This document shows, in pieces, positions 40,727 to 52,715 of a stretch of DNA of 64,000 bases. The stretch is from Candidatus Poribacteria bacterium (lineage in GTDB: Bacteria > Poribacteria > WGA-4E > WGA-3G), in the NCBI GenBank assembly GCA_965205025.1, contig CBDBFU010000024.1, positions 1 to 64,000 on the forward strand, in the 5' to 3' direction. A program made the translations under genes and the position numbers. Every line of letters starts with the position of its first letter. Position 1 is the stretch's first letter. The notes beneath the pieces were generated by a model that worked only from the letters and a program-made list of their open reading frames with translations, made no database searches and was not told where the DNA came from.

Positions 40727-41785
40727 ATGGAACTCGGTTTTTTCACAATGCCATTACATCCCCCAGGGAGTGACACTACAAAAACACTTGATGACGATCT
40801 CGAACAGATGGTAGTCCTTGACAAATTGGGTTACAAGGAAGCCTATGTTGGGGAACACTTTACCTTCACCTGGGAGAACATTCCTTCTCCTGACCTTTTT
40901 ATTGCCAAGGCACTTGCAATGACAGAGAATATTACTTTTGGCACAGGAATAACGTGCATGCCTATTCACAATCCCGCAGTGGTTGCGCATCGTATTGCCC
41001 AATTAGACCACCTTGCCCATGGACGGTTTCATTGGGGAGTCGGATCAAGTTCCACACCGAGTGATGCAGAGATGTTTATGGCAGGAGAGGATAGAAGGAA
41101 GGCGACACGTGAAGGAATTGATGCTGTTCTAAAAATATGGACAGACCCCGAACCAGGACATTATAAAAGTGATTTTTGGGAGTTTAAAATCCCTGATGGA
41201 CATCCAGATATCGTAAGTATACACATGAAACCGTACCAAAAACCGCATCCACCGATTGCCTTGGCAGGATCATCGATGAAGTCGGATACACTCATTCTTG
41301 CGGGGGAACGTGGATGGATACCGATGAGCATTAATCTCGCTCCTGTTTCTGTCATCAAAACGCATTGGGACGCAGTTGAAGAAGGAGCAGAAAAGACTGG
41401 TGAGAATCCATCTCGATCTACATGGCGGATTGCCCGTGAAGTCTATGTGGCAGATACAAATGAACAAGCACGTAAAGAAGCAATTGAAGGGACACTTGGT
41501 CGAGATTTCCGCGATTACTGGTTCCGTTTGTGGGGATGGGAAAGATTCAAGATGAACGATGATATTCCAGATGTAGAATCCTGTCTGGAGAACTTATTGG
41601 ATACGCTTTGGATTGTGGGTAGTCCTGACCATGTTGCCAATCGTCTACGTCAACTCTATGATGATGTTGGTGGTTTTGGTGTTTTATTGGCTATGGGACA
41701 CGAATGGGAACCGAAAGAACAGTGGCTTCATTCTATGGAACTCCTTCAGAATGAGGTAATGCCTCAACTTACGGATTTGGGGTAA
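40727..41785 (+). CDS. LLM-class (luciferase-like) flavin-dependent monooxygenase
   Basis: LGFFTMPLHPPG; GEHF; IAQLDHLAHGRF; PYQKPHPPI; IVGSPD. Confidence 0.9.
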   Translation: MELGFFTMPLHPPGSDTTKTLDDDLEQMVVLDKLGYKEAYVGEHFTFTWENIPSPDLFIAKALAMTENITFGTGITCMPIHNPAVVAHRIAQLDHLAHGRFHWGVGSSSTPSDAEMFMAGEDRRKATREGIDAVLKIWTDPEPGHYKSDFWEFKIPDGHPDIVSIHMKPYQKPHPPIALAGSSMKSDTLILAGERGWIPMSINLAPVSVIKTHWDAVEEGAEKTGENPSRSTWRIAREVYVADTNEQARKEAIEGTLGRDFRDYWFRLWGWERFKMNDDIPDVESCLENLLDTLWIVGSPDHVANRLRQLYDDVGGFGVLLAMGHEWEPKEQWLHSMELLQNEVMPQLTDLG

Positions 41786-41796
41786 TAATTGATATT

Positions 41797-41942
41797 TAAC
41801 GTGAGTTTGATAAGACACATTGTAACCCGAACTTTTAGTTAACACCAGAGTGCACAAACTGGAAAGTTTGTGCTACAAAGACTATCTTCAGTACAAAATT
41901 CTGTTTATCGAACTGACGATTTTTATTATCAAACTGGCGTTA
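41797..41942. mobile_element. MITE family A
   Basis: TAACGTGAGTTTGATAA ... TTATCAAACTGGCGTTA; near-identical to 58665-58810; internal GCACAAAC-TGGAAA-GTTTGTGC-TACA. Confidence 0.85.
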
Positions 41943-41957
41943 TTTAAGGAGCAGTTC

Positions 41958-43202
41958 TTGAAGACACAATTATATGCAGGTGCTGCAGAAACAAAGATCA
42001 CATCCATCAAAGACAATCCAGATGTATATGCGGAATTATACGCACGTGCATTGGTGTTTTCAGACAATAGCATACAACTTGCTATTGTTACTGTTGACTT
42101 TGGACAATTTCCCTTGCGATATAATCAAGTTCTCTTGGATGCCATTGAACAAGTAACCAATATTCCTTCTGAACACATAATTATCAACTGCAGTCATACC
42201 CACAATGCTCCGGGTGTTGATGGCAGATGGATTAGTGAAGAATCTGAGGTATGGTTATTGTTTTGCCTTGCTGAACTGGTGAAAAAGGCAGTGGATTCTC
42301 TTGAACCTGCGACATTATGTGTCGGACGCGCACCGGTACAAATTGGTTACAACAGACGATTGATGCGAGATGATGGCTACATTACAATGACACCTAATCC
42401 AGATGGTGCTGTTGTGCCGTGGGTTGATGTATTGGGAGTTTACGATTCATTTGGAGGAATCATAGCGGTTCTCTTCTCACATGCAGCCCATCCAGTGATT
42501 GTCCATTGGTCGAGTGAGGAGATCGGAGCAGATTTCCCTGGATATGCAGTTGAGCATCTTAGCAACTTTTTGGATCTAAAGGGAGATAGTGTCTTGTTGT
42601 TCGCACAAGGGTGTGCTGCAAACATCAATGGTTACCCTTTACGAGGTGGGTTTGAGGCGTGTGATGTTGCTGGGTTTTCACTTGCCTTTGCTACGCACCA
42701 AGCATTGAAGACTGCAGAAGCAATACCAGCAGCTTCGTTAAAGGTACAATCCGTCATGGTGAATTTGCCCTTCCAAGATCCACCATCTATAGCAGAGTGT
42801 GAGCAACTCATAGAAGAATATCCGGACGATAATCGATATGTAGCATTATTAGAAGTAGCTAAAAGTGATGAGAAACAGACACTTCCCTTCCCGATGAGTG
42901 CATTTGCTATCGGCGAATCATTCTGCATTCTGTCTGTATCCCACGAACTCTTCGCAGAGTATCAACTTTTCGTAGACGAGAGTTCTCCGTTCGCGCATAC
43001 TTTCATGTTTGGTTATACGAATGGAAGTGAAGTTTATATCGCTACAAAAAAGGATTATGAACTTGGGTTAAAGGGTGGTTATGAAGCAGGTCCACGTAAT
43101 CACGCATTAGGTGGACCTTATAGGTTGGCGTTACATCCATCAGTAGAAGCACAGATACGATCAGAAATTACTGACCTATTAGGTGAATTGATTAACTCAT
43201 AA
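41958..43202 (+). CDS. Neutral/alkaline ceramidase-like hydrolase
   Basis: AAGGAG RBS before TTG 41958 (the upstream ORF extension is MITE sequence); LYARAL; SHTHNAP; HAAHP; ADFPG; QGCAANI; GYTNG...YE. Confidence 0.8.
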   Translation: MKTQLYAGAAETKITSIKDNPDVYAELYARALVFSDNSIQLAIVTVDFGQFPLRYNQVLLDAIEQVTNIPSEHIIINCSHTHNAPGVDGRWISEESEVWLLFCLAELVKKAVDSLEPATLCVGRAPVQIGYNRRLMRDDGYITMTPNPDGAVVPWVDVLGVYDSFGGIIAVLFSHAAHPVIVHWSSEEIGADFPGYAVEHLSNFLDLKGDSVLLFAQGCAANINGYPLRGGFEACDVAGFSLAFATHQALKTAEAIPAASLKVQSVMVNLPFQDPPSIAECEQLIEEYPDDNRYVALLEVAKSDEKQTLPFPMSAFAIGESFCILSVSHELFAEYQLFVDESSPFAHTFMFGYTNGSEVYIATKKDYELGLKGGYEAGPRNHALGGPYRLALHPSVEAQIRSEITDLLGELINS

Positions 43203-43368
43203 ACGGTATTCCCATCCTACCAGCATCACAGTTTAATTTTCAATAGGATTCCTACCATAGTCTCATATCATTCCAATTCGTACGTGTAAGAATTAAGGTG
43301 TTTAGTAGTAAAATCTACTCTAATACAGTCAAATTGACAATGGAACGATGAAATGATGTCAAATCAAA

Positions 43369-44127
43369 TTAAAAATAAGCCTCTAATTTTGCCCGTGCGT
43401 TTAAGACTCCTTGAATTATTGGATGAGGGGTATCCACTTTCAACCCCAGATAAATCAACATTATTTCATCAGTGTAATCGACCCGTTCTATTTCCTTACA
43501 TATTGCTGGAAAATCCATTTCTGGACCCCAGAATGGTTCACTACCTGTCTTGGAATCCACTCCACAGTTGAAATAGACACTTGAAAGCCTTTCGGATAAT
43601 GTTTGTAAGGCTGCTACAGGATCGTCTCCAGCACGGTGAAAGTGGTATGGACTGTAGTAAAAAGTAAAACTATCTGATGGTACGGCATCAAGGAGTTGCT
43701 TTGTTCGTTCAAGGTTGTAAGCTAAACTTCCCTCATGTGCATAGAGTGCAAGGGTTAGGTTTCGATTCTCTGCCTCTTTAGTAATAGTCTTGAGAAGATC
43801 AATAATTGTCTCAATTTCCCCAACGGTAGCATCTTCTTTACCACCACTGGCTATGCTAACAATCGGAATTGCAAGTCTTTGGGCAGTGTCAAGGATTGAG
43901 ATTAATGATTCAAGACCATCTGGGGCATCGACAGCTACTGTGCTTAGTAATGACTTGAATTTTGCACCAGTTTTCTCATGAAGTTGGGTGAGAGTATCCG
44001 CTTCTAAGTCCGAATAATGTGTTTGGGATAGTTCAATGGCAGTGATGCCACCATTGGATAACTCTCCGACAAACTCTGATAATGGGTAGGGGGAAAATGG
44101 GAGTGTGCTTGCACAATATGTTCTCAT
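43369..44127 (-). CDS. Sugar-phosphate isomerase/epimerase-like TIM-barrel protein
   Basis: GITAIEL, LTLALYAH and DFPAICKEI pattern of the AP-endonuclease-2 fold; metal ligands appear degenerate. Confidence 0.7.
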   Translation of the reverse strand: MRTYCASTLPFSPYPLSEFVGELSNGGITAIELSQTHYSDLEADTLTQLHEKTGAKFKSLLSTVAVDAPDGLESLISILDTAQRLAIPIVSIASGGKEDATVGEIETIIDLLKTITKEAENRNLTLALYAHEGSLAYNLERTKQLLDAVPSDSFTFYYSPYHFHRAGDDPVAALQTLSERLSSVYFNCGVDSKTGSEPFWGPEMDFPAICKEIERVDYTDEIMLIYLGLKVDTPHPIIQGVLNARAKLEAYF

Positions 44128-44479
44128 AATCTACTCCGATGAAAAAGGAACTATGAGGATGGATCTAAAGGATACATTAGAAAAGTATGTTATGCAACTC
44201 AAAAATAGTGGACGAACACTTGAAAAAGTTGCCACTATCTGTCATAAAATCATTATGAAACTTTATGATACCTACTTTCCCGGAGTAGAAACACTTCGAT
44301 TGGGACCCCGCCTCTGCCCAGATAGCAACATTATTATGGTCGCATAGCTTCTCGAACTCATAGGAAAAGACAGCGAACTCGCAGGATACAAACTTGTGAA
44401 GGCACAGATTTCACATAGTTAACTGACACAAGTCGTTACTACGTTACTAATTGTATATTCAGTATTTTTTTAGGATTAT

Positions 44480-44510
44480 GCACCCTTTTTCTTCTGTTTT
44501 TTGTCATTAT
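44480..44510 (+). promoter_or_regulatory. Putative ECF-sigma (autoregulatory) promoter
   Basis: GCACC, 18 bp T-rich spacer, GTC, upstream of the ECF gene; the same motif and spacing occur at 56899-56930. Confidence 0.5.
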
Positions 44511-44585
44511 ATATTAAAGAGACATACGAATTAGCAGATAATAGAATTTTCTACATAAAATCACATAGTTTAGTCCTGGAGATGT

Positions 44586-47480
44586 ATGATGTCAGATAAT
44601 AACCTTCAACTTATTCAACAGATATTAGACGGGAAAGAAGAAGCATTCAGTACTTTAATTAAAAAATATCAGAAAAGAGTGCATGCACTGGCTTGGCGTA
44701 AATTAGGAGATTATCATCTTGCAGAGGATATTACACAGGACACCTTTATTCAAGTGTATCAAAACCTTTCCACGCTAAAAAATCACAATCAGTTTGATGG
44801 TTGGCTTTATGTGATTGTCAATAGATTATGTATCAATTGGATAAATAAGCGGAGAGTGACAATGCAGTCAATTGAGGATACACCTGTTGAGGATTTAGAA
44901 GAATCATACTATAAAAATTATGAATTGGAACAACGAAAAGTTGAGACGATCAAACACTATAGTGATTTAGTGAAGGAACTACTTGAAAAACTACCAGAAA
45001 GTGAACGGACTGTAATGAGTTTGTACTATCTTGGAGAAATGACAGCGAAAGAAATAAGTAAGTTCTTAGGAGTTTCTGTTAATACAATTAAGAGTAGACT
45101 TCGCCGTGCAAGAAATCGTTTGAAACAGGAAGAAGCAATGATACGGGAAGCTATGACTCATTTTCAAATCTCACCAACTATTTCAGAAAATGTCTTACAG
45201 GAGGTATCCAGACTTCAACCCACTCCACCCTCAGGTAGTAAACCCTTTATCCCATGGGTATTTGGTACCGCTACAGCTGCATTAATTTTACTATTGCTGG
45301 GAACAGGTAGTCAATATTTCACGCGTTTTCAAAGACCCTATAGTTTAGATGCTCAATCTGAAATGTCAGTGGAAATTGTTGATTCTGCTATAATACAAGA
45401 TATTGAAAAGAAATTAGATCTCCGGAATCAGAAAGGGGAGTTATCCGATACTATTGGTAAAGAGAATAATCCCGGTGAGAAAATAAATCAGGCATCGGAA
45501 GACAATGGTGGTAAATCTGACAATAACATATTTGAGACTATTGTGCATGAATCTCCACAAGTCCATCTTCCTGAAGGTGCGAAACTAAGACTGGGAAAAG
45601 GTAAAATTCGTCAGGTTGCCTATTCATCTGATGGCACTAAAGTTGCAGTCGCAACTCGAATTGGACTCTGGTTATATGATGTAAAGAATAGTAATAAAAC
45701 ATCATTCTTATTACCTCATAAATGCAGTATAGAAAGTATAGCATTCAGTCCTAATGGAAAGATCTTAGCAACAGGAAGTAATGATAATCTGGTACGCTTA
45801 TGGGATGTATCTACAGGCAAACAAGTGAAAACGTTGATAGGACATAGAAGAGAAATCTCTTCTGTAGTATTTAGTTCGAATGGAAATAAACTTGTAAGTG
45901 CAAGCCCCGGTGAAATTAGTATATGGGATGTTGCGACAGGTACACACATACAAACAATTGAGCGATTTACAGGACATACATCAGATATCTCATTTATTGA
46001 TAATAGCTTAATTCTTGCAGAATTACCTATTGATGAAAAAGGAAAGATCGTCAAACTTACTGAACTTATTACAGGAAAACCCTTATGGTCATCAAAGAAA
46101 TTCCAAAAGCATTTTAAAAAGGTTACTATTAGTCCAGATGGCAAAAGCATCGCAGGAGCAAACATACAGGAAATGGTATACTTATGGGATATAAATACAG
46201 GTGAGCAGACAAAAACTTTTCGTGGACATACAGCAGTTGTAGATAGTTTAGCTTTTAGTCCGGATGGATCTACCCTTGCTACAGGAAGTTGGGACGATAC
46301 CATAGGTATATGGGATGTTAAATCAGGAAGACATATAAAGACACTATCTGGACACAACTCATCAGTTTATCATTTGTCTTTCGGTCCGGACGATCGCACA
46401 CTTGTTAGTGGGAGTACAGATGGAACTGTTCGAATCTGGGATGTTGATACTGGTACACATAAGACTATAGGAACAGGACATATTCAAAGTGTCTATAATA
46501 TCTGGTTTAGTCCAGATGGAAAAACTCTTGTAAGTGAGAGTTTCGGAGAAACCCTCTTGTGGGATGTCAAGACAGGAGAACACAAGAGAACACTTAAAGG
46601 ACATAGTAAACGTATCATTTGTTTTTCGTTTAATCCAGATGGAAAATCGTATGCTACTGGTAGTGAAGATAAGACAATACGTATATGGGATGCTATTTCA
46701 GGAAACACTAAGAGAATACTAAGAGGACATACTGGGTCAATTTACAGGATATCGTATAGTCCAGATGGTAAGACAATTGCTACTGGTAGTGCAGATAAAA
46801 CGGTACGACTATGGGATACAATGACGGGTTCACTTAGACATACACTCACAGGACATACGGACTTTCTTAATAGGGGTCTTGCCTTTAGTCCAAATGGGAA
46901 AATACTTGCCAGTATTAGCCAGAACGAAGTTATTCGATTATGGGATACTGTAACTGGAATACACCTGAAATCCCTTATAGGACATAAGACGAATATTACA
47001 CACATTTCATTCAGTCCGGACGGTAAGATTCTTGCAAGTGCGGGTGAAAAGGATGAAAGAAACGTTCGTTTGTGGGATGTCTCCAGTGGTAAATCTAAAG
47101 AAATAAATATGGGGGACATCTTTAAAACATATAAAGTCATGTTTAGTCCTGATGGAAAGACATTGGTGAGTTCGACTGTGACACATGAAATCCAATTATG
47201 GGATACCGATACAATGAAACTGAAGAAGACACTAACAGGACATTCTGATTCTGTTTCTGACATTTCATTCAGTCCGAATGGAAAATACCTTTCAAGTGCG
47301 AGTTCTGATAAAACAGTCAGATTGTGGGATGTTAATTCTGGAGAACTTATGAAGATATTTAAGGGACATACATCTTTCGGCATGCATGTCTTGTTTAGTC
47401 CAGATGGACAAACTCTCGCAAGTGCAAGTTGGGATGGGACAGTGTTGCTTTGGGATATATTCACAATCAATCCAAAATAA
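44586..47480 (+). CDS. ECF sigma-70 factor fused via a TM helix to a WD40 propeller domain
   Basis: AEDITQDTF...FDGWLY (region 2); LPESERTV...EISKFLGVSVNTIKSRLRRAR (region 4); TM WVFGTATAALILLLLG; about 14 GH...WD repeats. Confidence 0.92.
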   Translation: MMSDNNLQLIQQILDGKEEAFSTLIKKYQKRVHALAWRKLGDYHLAEDITQDTFIQVYQNLSTLKNHNQFDGWLYVIVNRLCINWINKRRVTMQSIEDTPVEDLEESYYKNYELEQRKVETIKHYSDLVKELLEKLPESERTVMSLYYLGEMTAKEISKFLGVSVNTIKSRLRRARNRLKQEEAMIREAMTHFQISPTISENVLQEVSRLQPTPPSGSKPFIPWVFGTATAALILLLLGTGSQYFTRFQRPYSLDAQSEMSVEIVDSAIIQDIEKKLDLRNQKGELSDTIGKENNPGEKINQASEDNGGKSDNNIFETIVHESPQVHLPEGAKLRLGKGKIRQVAYSSDGTKVAVATRIGLWLYDVKNSNKTSFLLPHKCSIESIAFSPNGKILATGSNDNLVRLWDVSTGKQVKTLIGHRREISSVVFSSNGNKLVSASPGEISIWDVATGTHIQTIERFTGHTSDISFIDNSLILAELPIDEKGKIVKLTELITGKPLWSSKKFQKHFKKVTISPDGKSIAGANIQEMVYLWDINTGEQTKTFRGHTAVVDSLAFSPDGSTLATGSWDDTIGIWDVKSGRHIKTLSGHNSSVYHLSFGPDDRTLVSGSTDGTVRIWDVDTGTHKTIGTGHIQSVYNIWFSPDGKTLVSESFGETLLWDVKTGEHKRTLKGHSKRIICFSFNPDGKSYATGSEDKTIRIWDAISGNTKRILRGHTGSIYRISYSPDGKTIATGSADKTVRLWDTMTGSLRHTLTGHTDFLNRGLAFSPNGKILASISQNEVIRLWDTVTGIHLKSLIGHKTNITHISFSPDGKILASAGEKDERNVRLWDVSSGKSKEINMGDIFKTYKVMFSPDGKTLVSSTVTHEIQLWDTDTMKLKKTLTGHSDSVSDISFSPNGKYLSSASSDKTVRLWDVNSGELMKIFKGHTSFGMHVLFSPDGQTLASASWDGTVLLWDIFTINPK

Positions 47481-47561
47481 CGGTTTTGGTGTAAATAATA
47501 TAGTCAAATTGTTATTCTGTAGGAATAGATGCAATGTTGATAATGTAATAGGGGTTTACAA

Positions 47562-49853
47562 ATGATAAAAACAGTAATTTCTATGATTAGTATGTTACTT
47601 CTTGTTTCTCAAATCGGTATACGTAATTTATATGCTCAAGACTATACACAATGGGAATTACCGGATGGTGCCATTGCCCGTCTTGGTAAGGGAAGAATCA
47701 ATGATATGCAATATTCCCCAAATGGATCAATTCTGGCAGTTGTTACTACGATTGGTATTTGGATATATGATACCGAAACATATAAGGAACAAACGTTGCT
47801 ACCTATGAGAAATCGTTATTTAGAGGAGAAGTTATATTTTAATCATGATGGTACTGTTCTTGCTGTTATGGAAATACCGGGAAATAGAATTACATATTGG
47901 GATGTTGCTGTACCGAGAATCAAAAAAACGTCAAGAAAAGGGAATTATTTTCCTCGGCTTTCGACATTCAGTTCAGACGGAAACACCTATGTAACTATAA
48001 GTTTCAAGGATATTCATGTATGGGATTCAGAGACAAACACTTCCAAACATATACTCAAAGGACATGAAGACTATATTGGTTGTTTGTCTTATAGTCCAGA
48101 TAGCAAAATCATCGCAAGTGGGAGTAAGGATCAGACGATTCGCCTGTGGGATGTTAAGACTGGGATGCATATACGTACTCTCACAGGGCATGAGAGTGAT
48201 ATCACCAAACTTTCATTCAGTCCGGATGGAAGCACTTTAATTAGTGTTTGCAGTGATATGACGATTAATTTTTGGGATATTACCTCAGGCGAACTAAAAC
48301 TACCACAGGCAATTCAAGGGGAGCTTACCGGTAAGATAGAACCAAAAGAAAAAATAAAAGGAACTTTCTTTAGTCCAGATAAGAATATACTGGTTACCGC
48401 AGGCGAGTTCAGAACGATTCACTTGTGGGATACAACGAACGGTATACATAAACACACTTTCTACGATAATATTCAAGAAAACAAGAAAACTGGAAACGTA
48501 AAATGGGTAGAAAATGTCCTGTTTAGTCCAGATGAAAAATTAGTTCTTAGTTTGGTGAATGATCATGAAATTCGACTATGGGATATTGTATCAGGTAAAC
48601 GTATACCTTTCACTGGATATACCGGATACCTTAAAAATGCATCTTTTAGTCCAGATGGAAAGACACTGGCAACTGGGAATTATTCAGGCGTCATTCAAAT
48701 TTGGGATATTGAGAGCGGTAAAAACATTAAGACTGTTCCAAATATCAGAATAATGTCCAGTCTTCATTCTTATAAAGAATATAATACCTATAATATGACT
48801 TTCGCTCAGAACGGAGAGAAATTCATTACTACAGAACGTGACGGAACAATATATCTATGGGATAACGTTAAGAAACAGTTTGGTACGTTCAGAGAACAAA
48901 AGGGTAGCAAAGTTATACCCCTTAACAGTGTGTTGACGAATCCTGATGGACATACTATCGCAACTTGGAGCAAGAGTGAAGATAAGACAATTCAACTGTG
49001 GAATGCTGTTACTGGTAAACACAAACGGACATTAAAAGGCTATAAAGGAGGGAATAAGCGTGTTGTATTCAGTATGGATGGCAGGACACTCGCGAGTTGG
49101 AGTTCATACAAAGATACAACGATTCGTTTGTGGAATGTTGCTACAGGAAGACATAAGAAAACACTGAAGGGTCATAAGAGTATAATAGAAAGTGTGACTT
49201 TTAGTCCAGATGGCAACACACTTGTCAGTGGTGGAATAGATGGTACGATACTATTGTGGGATGTTAATACAGGCAAACAGAAAAAGACTCTCATTGATAG
49301 AGGATCAAATAATAAGTCTGGTATACAGTCAGGTTGGATAATGGTATTAGAGTTTAATTCAGATGGTGAGATTTTGGCTACAGGAGATATTAACGGAATC
49401 ATCCATCTCTGGGATGTATCTTCATGGAAGAAGGAGCGGACACTAAAAGGTCATGTCAATACTATTACCAGTATAATTTTTAGTCCTGATGGTCATTCCC
49501 TTGTAAGTACAAGCAAAGATGGAACTGCCAAACTGTGGGATGTTGACACTGGTAAGGAAAAACAAACCTTATCTGGATATGAAGGAACAACCTGGTATGT
49601 GTTTTTCTACCCTAATGGTTTACCGTTAGCATGTGCGGTTAATAAAAACCCCGGGGGTAGGTATGAGAAAATTTTACATCTCCGGGATTTACGAAATGGA
49701 GAAGTGAAAAAAACGCTTTCAGGTCATTCATCATGGATTACAAGTATATCTTTTAGTGGTGATGGGAATACACTTGCAAGTGCAAGTATTTTTGATGATA
49801 CAGTGCTTTTGTGGGATCTAACATCTATAATTCAAGAATTCGATGTTAAATAA
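47562..49853 (+). CDS. Secreted WD40 repeat protein
   Basis: Signal peptide; WELPDGAIARLGKG; GH...FSPDG...WD repeats. Confidence 0.92.
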   Translation: MIKTVISMISMLLLVSQIGIRNLYAQDYTQWELPDGAIARLGKGRINDMQYSPNGSILAVVTTIGIWIYDTETYKEQTLLPMRNRYLEEKLYFNHDGTVLAVMEIPGNRITYWDVAVPRIKKTSRKGNYFPRLSTFSSDGNTYVTISFKDIHVWDSETNTSKHILKGHEDYIGCLSYSPDSKIIASGSKDQTIRLWDVKTGMHIRTLTGHESDITKLSFSPDGSTLISVCSDMTINFWDITSGELKLPQAIQGELTGKIEPKEKIKGTFFSPDKNILVTAGEFRTIHLWDTTNGIHKHTFYDNIQENKKTGNVKWVENVLFSPDEKLVLSLVNDHEIRLWDIVSGKRIPFTGYTGYLKNASFSPDGKTLATGNYSGVIQIWDIESGKNIKTVPNIRIMSSLHSYKEYNTYNMTFAQNGEKFITTERDGTIYLWDNVKKQFGTFREQKGSKVIPLNSVLTNPDGHTIATWSKSEDKTIQLWNAVTGKHKRTLKGYKGGNKRVVFSMDGRTLASWSSYKDTTIRLWNVATGRHKKTLKGHKSIIESVTFSPDGNTLVSGGIDGTILLWDVNTGKQKKTLIDRGSNNKSGIQSGWIMVLEFNSDGEILATGDINGIIHLWDVSSWKKERTLKGHVNTITSIIFSPDGHSLVSTSKDGTAKLWDVDTGKEKQTLSGYEGTTWYVFFYPNGLPLACAVNKNPGGRYEKILHLRDLRNGEVKKTLSGHSSWITSISFSGDGNTLASASIFDDTVLLWDLTSIIQEFDVK

Positions 49854-49982
49854 TACCATTTCTATAAATGATTCTCCCATGATTAGGTGATATTTATGTC
49901 TTGAGATACTACACAAACTGGAAGTTTGTGCTACATTAAAGAGATTTAATTAATGTGACTTTAATTACCAGAAATGGTATTA
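49851..49982. mobile_element. MITE family B
   Basis: TAATACCATTTCT ... AGAAATGGTATTA; its left end coincides with the TAA stop of the WD40 gene. Confidence 0.75.
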
Positions 49983-50010
49983 GATGTATATATATTGTGA
50001 ATGATAAATG

Positions 50011-50139
50011 TGTTAATATTTATTGTTCTGATATGATAGGACTTTCACGGAAACCTTCACGGAGCAATTCTACGAACCCTTGTTCTATAAGGGTTTATAA
50101 TTTTAACTATACCAATTTTCCGTGAATCACATTCGTTAA
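50011..50139. repeat. Repeat family D, copy 2
   Basis: Near-identical to 22311-22442. Confidence 0.85.
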
Positions 50140-50168
50140 ATGTTATATAACTTATTTATGTGTTGGCA

Positions 50169-50241
50169 CATAGCACTCCGCTGGAGTGCCAGACTGTTCC
50201 ATTATGTTTTCTATAGACATAGTACTCCGCTGGAGTACGGT
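50169..50241. repeat. REP-like hairpins, family C
   Basis: GCACTCCGCTGGAGTGC and GTACTCCGCTGGAGTAC. Confidence 0.75.
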
Positions 50242-50384
50242 ATTTTAGATTTACAAAACTAAAAAAAAAATAGAGTTATCATTAAATTTACACACCGTTT
50301 AGAAAGTAAGGATTAGACCTAATAGAGAATTAACGATATAATCATTCTTAGAAATGATGTTGATTCTATTAAGGACGATATGAG

Positions 50385-52504
50385 ATGAAAAAAGTACTGA
50401 TTGTCATAATTTTGCTTATATGTATTGTAGGCACTATTTGGTTATTTCTCTATCCTTCAAAGCCAGATCTACTTGATGTAAATACTGCACAATTGAATAC
50501 TCTGCAGTGGCACTTACCAGATGGAGTGAAAGCACGTATTGGAAAAGGGTACGTAAGAGATTTGGCGTATTCTCCAGACAGTACTATACTCGCTGTTGCG
50601 AGTTCTACAGGAACTTGGCTCTATGATACGAATAGTGGAAATGAAGTTGCACTTCTAACAAAGAACAGAGAAGGCACGAATTCTGTTGGATTCAGTCCTG
50701 ACGGAAAAACACTTGCCACCGCATGTGGAAATAAATTGGTTCGTGTATGGAATGTTGAAACCCGTAAACTGATGCACACTTTTTTGGGACATAGGAGAGA
50801 TATAATTGGTGTCCATTTTAGTTCTGATGGGACTACATTGACAGGTTGGAGTGATTACGGCATGCGTATTTGGGATATAGAAAAAAGTGTGTTTAAACAG
50901 GATATGAATATGCATTTAGAACGCCACTCTGATATCACATTCCATTCAGATAGGATATCGATAGTTAGTGGAAATTACAAGACAATCCGATATCATGATT
51001 TTGGTACTGAAACGAAGAAGGAGAAAAATGATGAACATGAAATAAATGATGCACATAAAGAGAGTATCAAATGTGTCTCATTCAGTCCTGACGGGAAAAT
51101 GATTGCCTCTGGAAGTAGGGATAAGACTGTACGTTTGGGAATGCTGAAACAGTAACATTACATAAGACCCTAAAAGGTCATAGGAAACCTATCTTGAGTT
51201 TAACCTTCAGTCATGATGGGAGAAGCATTGCAAGCACAAGTGAAGACAAAACAGTACGTGTTTGGAATGTTGACACTGGAAGACGGAAGCACACTTTCAA
51301 AACAAATTCTAAATATCTGCATAGAATCGTCTTTAGTCCAAACGGAAAAACTTTGGCAAGTTCAAGTTGGGATGGAATTATTCATCAATGGGATCTAAGC
51401 AAAGGGAAACATAAGAATACTATTGTCGGACATGGTAGTGGTTTTGCTTCAAAGAATATAGTGTTCAGTAAAGATAAAATTACAGCTGCAACAACTTATG
51501 GAGATAATCACATAATTCTCTATGATGTAAACACACAAGAGGTGCAGGTAGTCCTTACGGGACATAAGAAACGGGTGAATTGTCTATCTTTTGCTTCAAA
51601 TGGAAAAATGCTGGCAAGTGGAAGTCAAGATAAAACAATCCGGTTATGGGATGTTAATACAGGAGAACATAAAAAGACACTAAGAGGACATTCTGAACAA
51701 GTTTCACATGTGGTGTTCAAGGATGATGAAACACTTATCAGTAACGGTGATGACAAGATTGTTCGCGTATGGGATGTAAAAAAGGGTAGACAGAAATTTA
51801 GTTTTGAAGTAGGTGTATTTAGTCAGTATATAGTCTTCAGTCCAGATGGAAATGTCGTATTATCAAAGAAATATAAGGATAATCAATCGAATTCTCTTTA
51901 TCTGTGGGATTTAGAGACAGGATCACATAGAATACTATCCAAACAGGTTAAATACACAATTCATTATCCTGCAAATATACCAATCAGTTCTGATGGGAGT
52001 ATGCTCACATATTGTACTGATTCAGAAATTGTTGTGTGGGATGTTACTACAAGCAAAGAGAAAAAGATAATTCCTCAAGAAACAAGCTTGTTTAGTTTTT
52101 TAGCCTTAGATTCAGATTCTAAAATGGTAGTGAAGACAGATATTGATGGAATAATAAAGTTATGGAATGTTGATACTGGGGATAAAATAAATGAACTAAA
52201 AAATCAGTATATAATAGGTGGATATGATAAAGATATTTTACGGCAGATCGTTCAGATAGCAATCAGTCCTGATGGCACAATCCTTGCAGGGGGTCGTGCT
52301 GATGGTGTAATCAATATCTGGGATATTACGACTGGGAAGCGAATTAAGACTTTTACGGGTCATGCTGGTCAGGTCACTTATCTAAAATTCAGTCCTGATG
52401 GAAAAACACTTGTGAGTTCTGGTAGTGATGGCACAACACTCCTATGGGATTTGTCAGAGTTATCTCCGAAAAACAATGATGAGAACACGCAGATGGTCAA
52501 CTAA
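50385..52504 (+). CDS. Membrane-anchored WD40 repeat protein, one frameshift (~51138)
   Basis: N-terminal TM; WHLPDGVKARIGKG; at KTVRL the sequence TTTGGGAATGCT has an extra G that shifts into ORF 51194-52504. Confidence 0.85.
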
Positions 52505-52526
52505 AATAACCTAAGTTGTTCCTTAT

Positions 52527-52597
52527 GTAGCACTCCGCTGGAGTGCAGGACGTTGATATACCTTTTTCTATAGACATATCACCCCTCTGGGGTGAGG
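52527..52597. repeat. REP-like hairpins, family C
   Basis: GTAGCACTCCGCTGGAGTGC ... TTTCTATAGACATA-TCACCCCTCTGGGGTGA. Confidence 0.7.
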
Positions 52598-52715
52598 AAA
52601 GTGTCTGAAAAACTATGTTGAAACGATCAAAATCCGTTAGTAGCACCTTGGGTTATACTATATAAAAACGGTGTTTGCATGTATGAAAACTTATAGGTAG
52701 CAGCTTGAGTTAAAA

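Noticed and set aside
41850-41957. N-terminal extension of the ceramidase-like ORF
   Set aside because: It lies inside MITE A; the RBS supports a TTG start at 41958.
44105-44410. Small ORF or remnant between the isomerase and ECF genes
   Set aside because: No recognisable motif or RBS, and it overlaps the divergent gene start.
45716-47470. Long antisense ORFs (213 and 242 aa) and similar ones opposite other WD40 genes
   Set aside because: Shadow frames of repetitive WD40 coding sequence.
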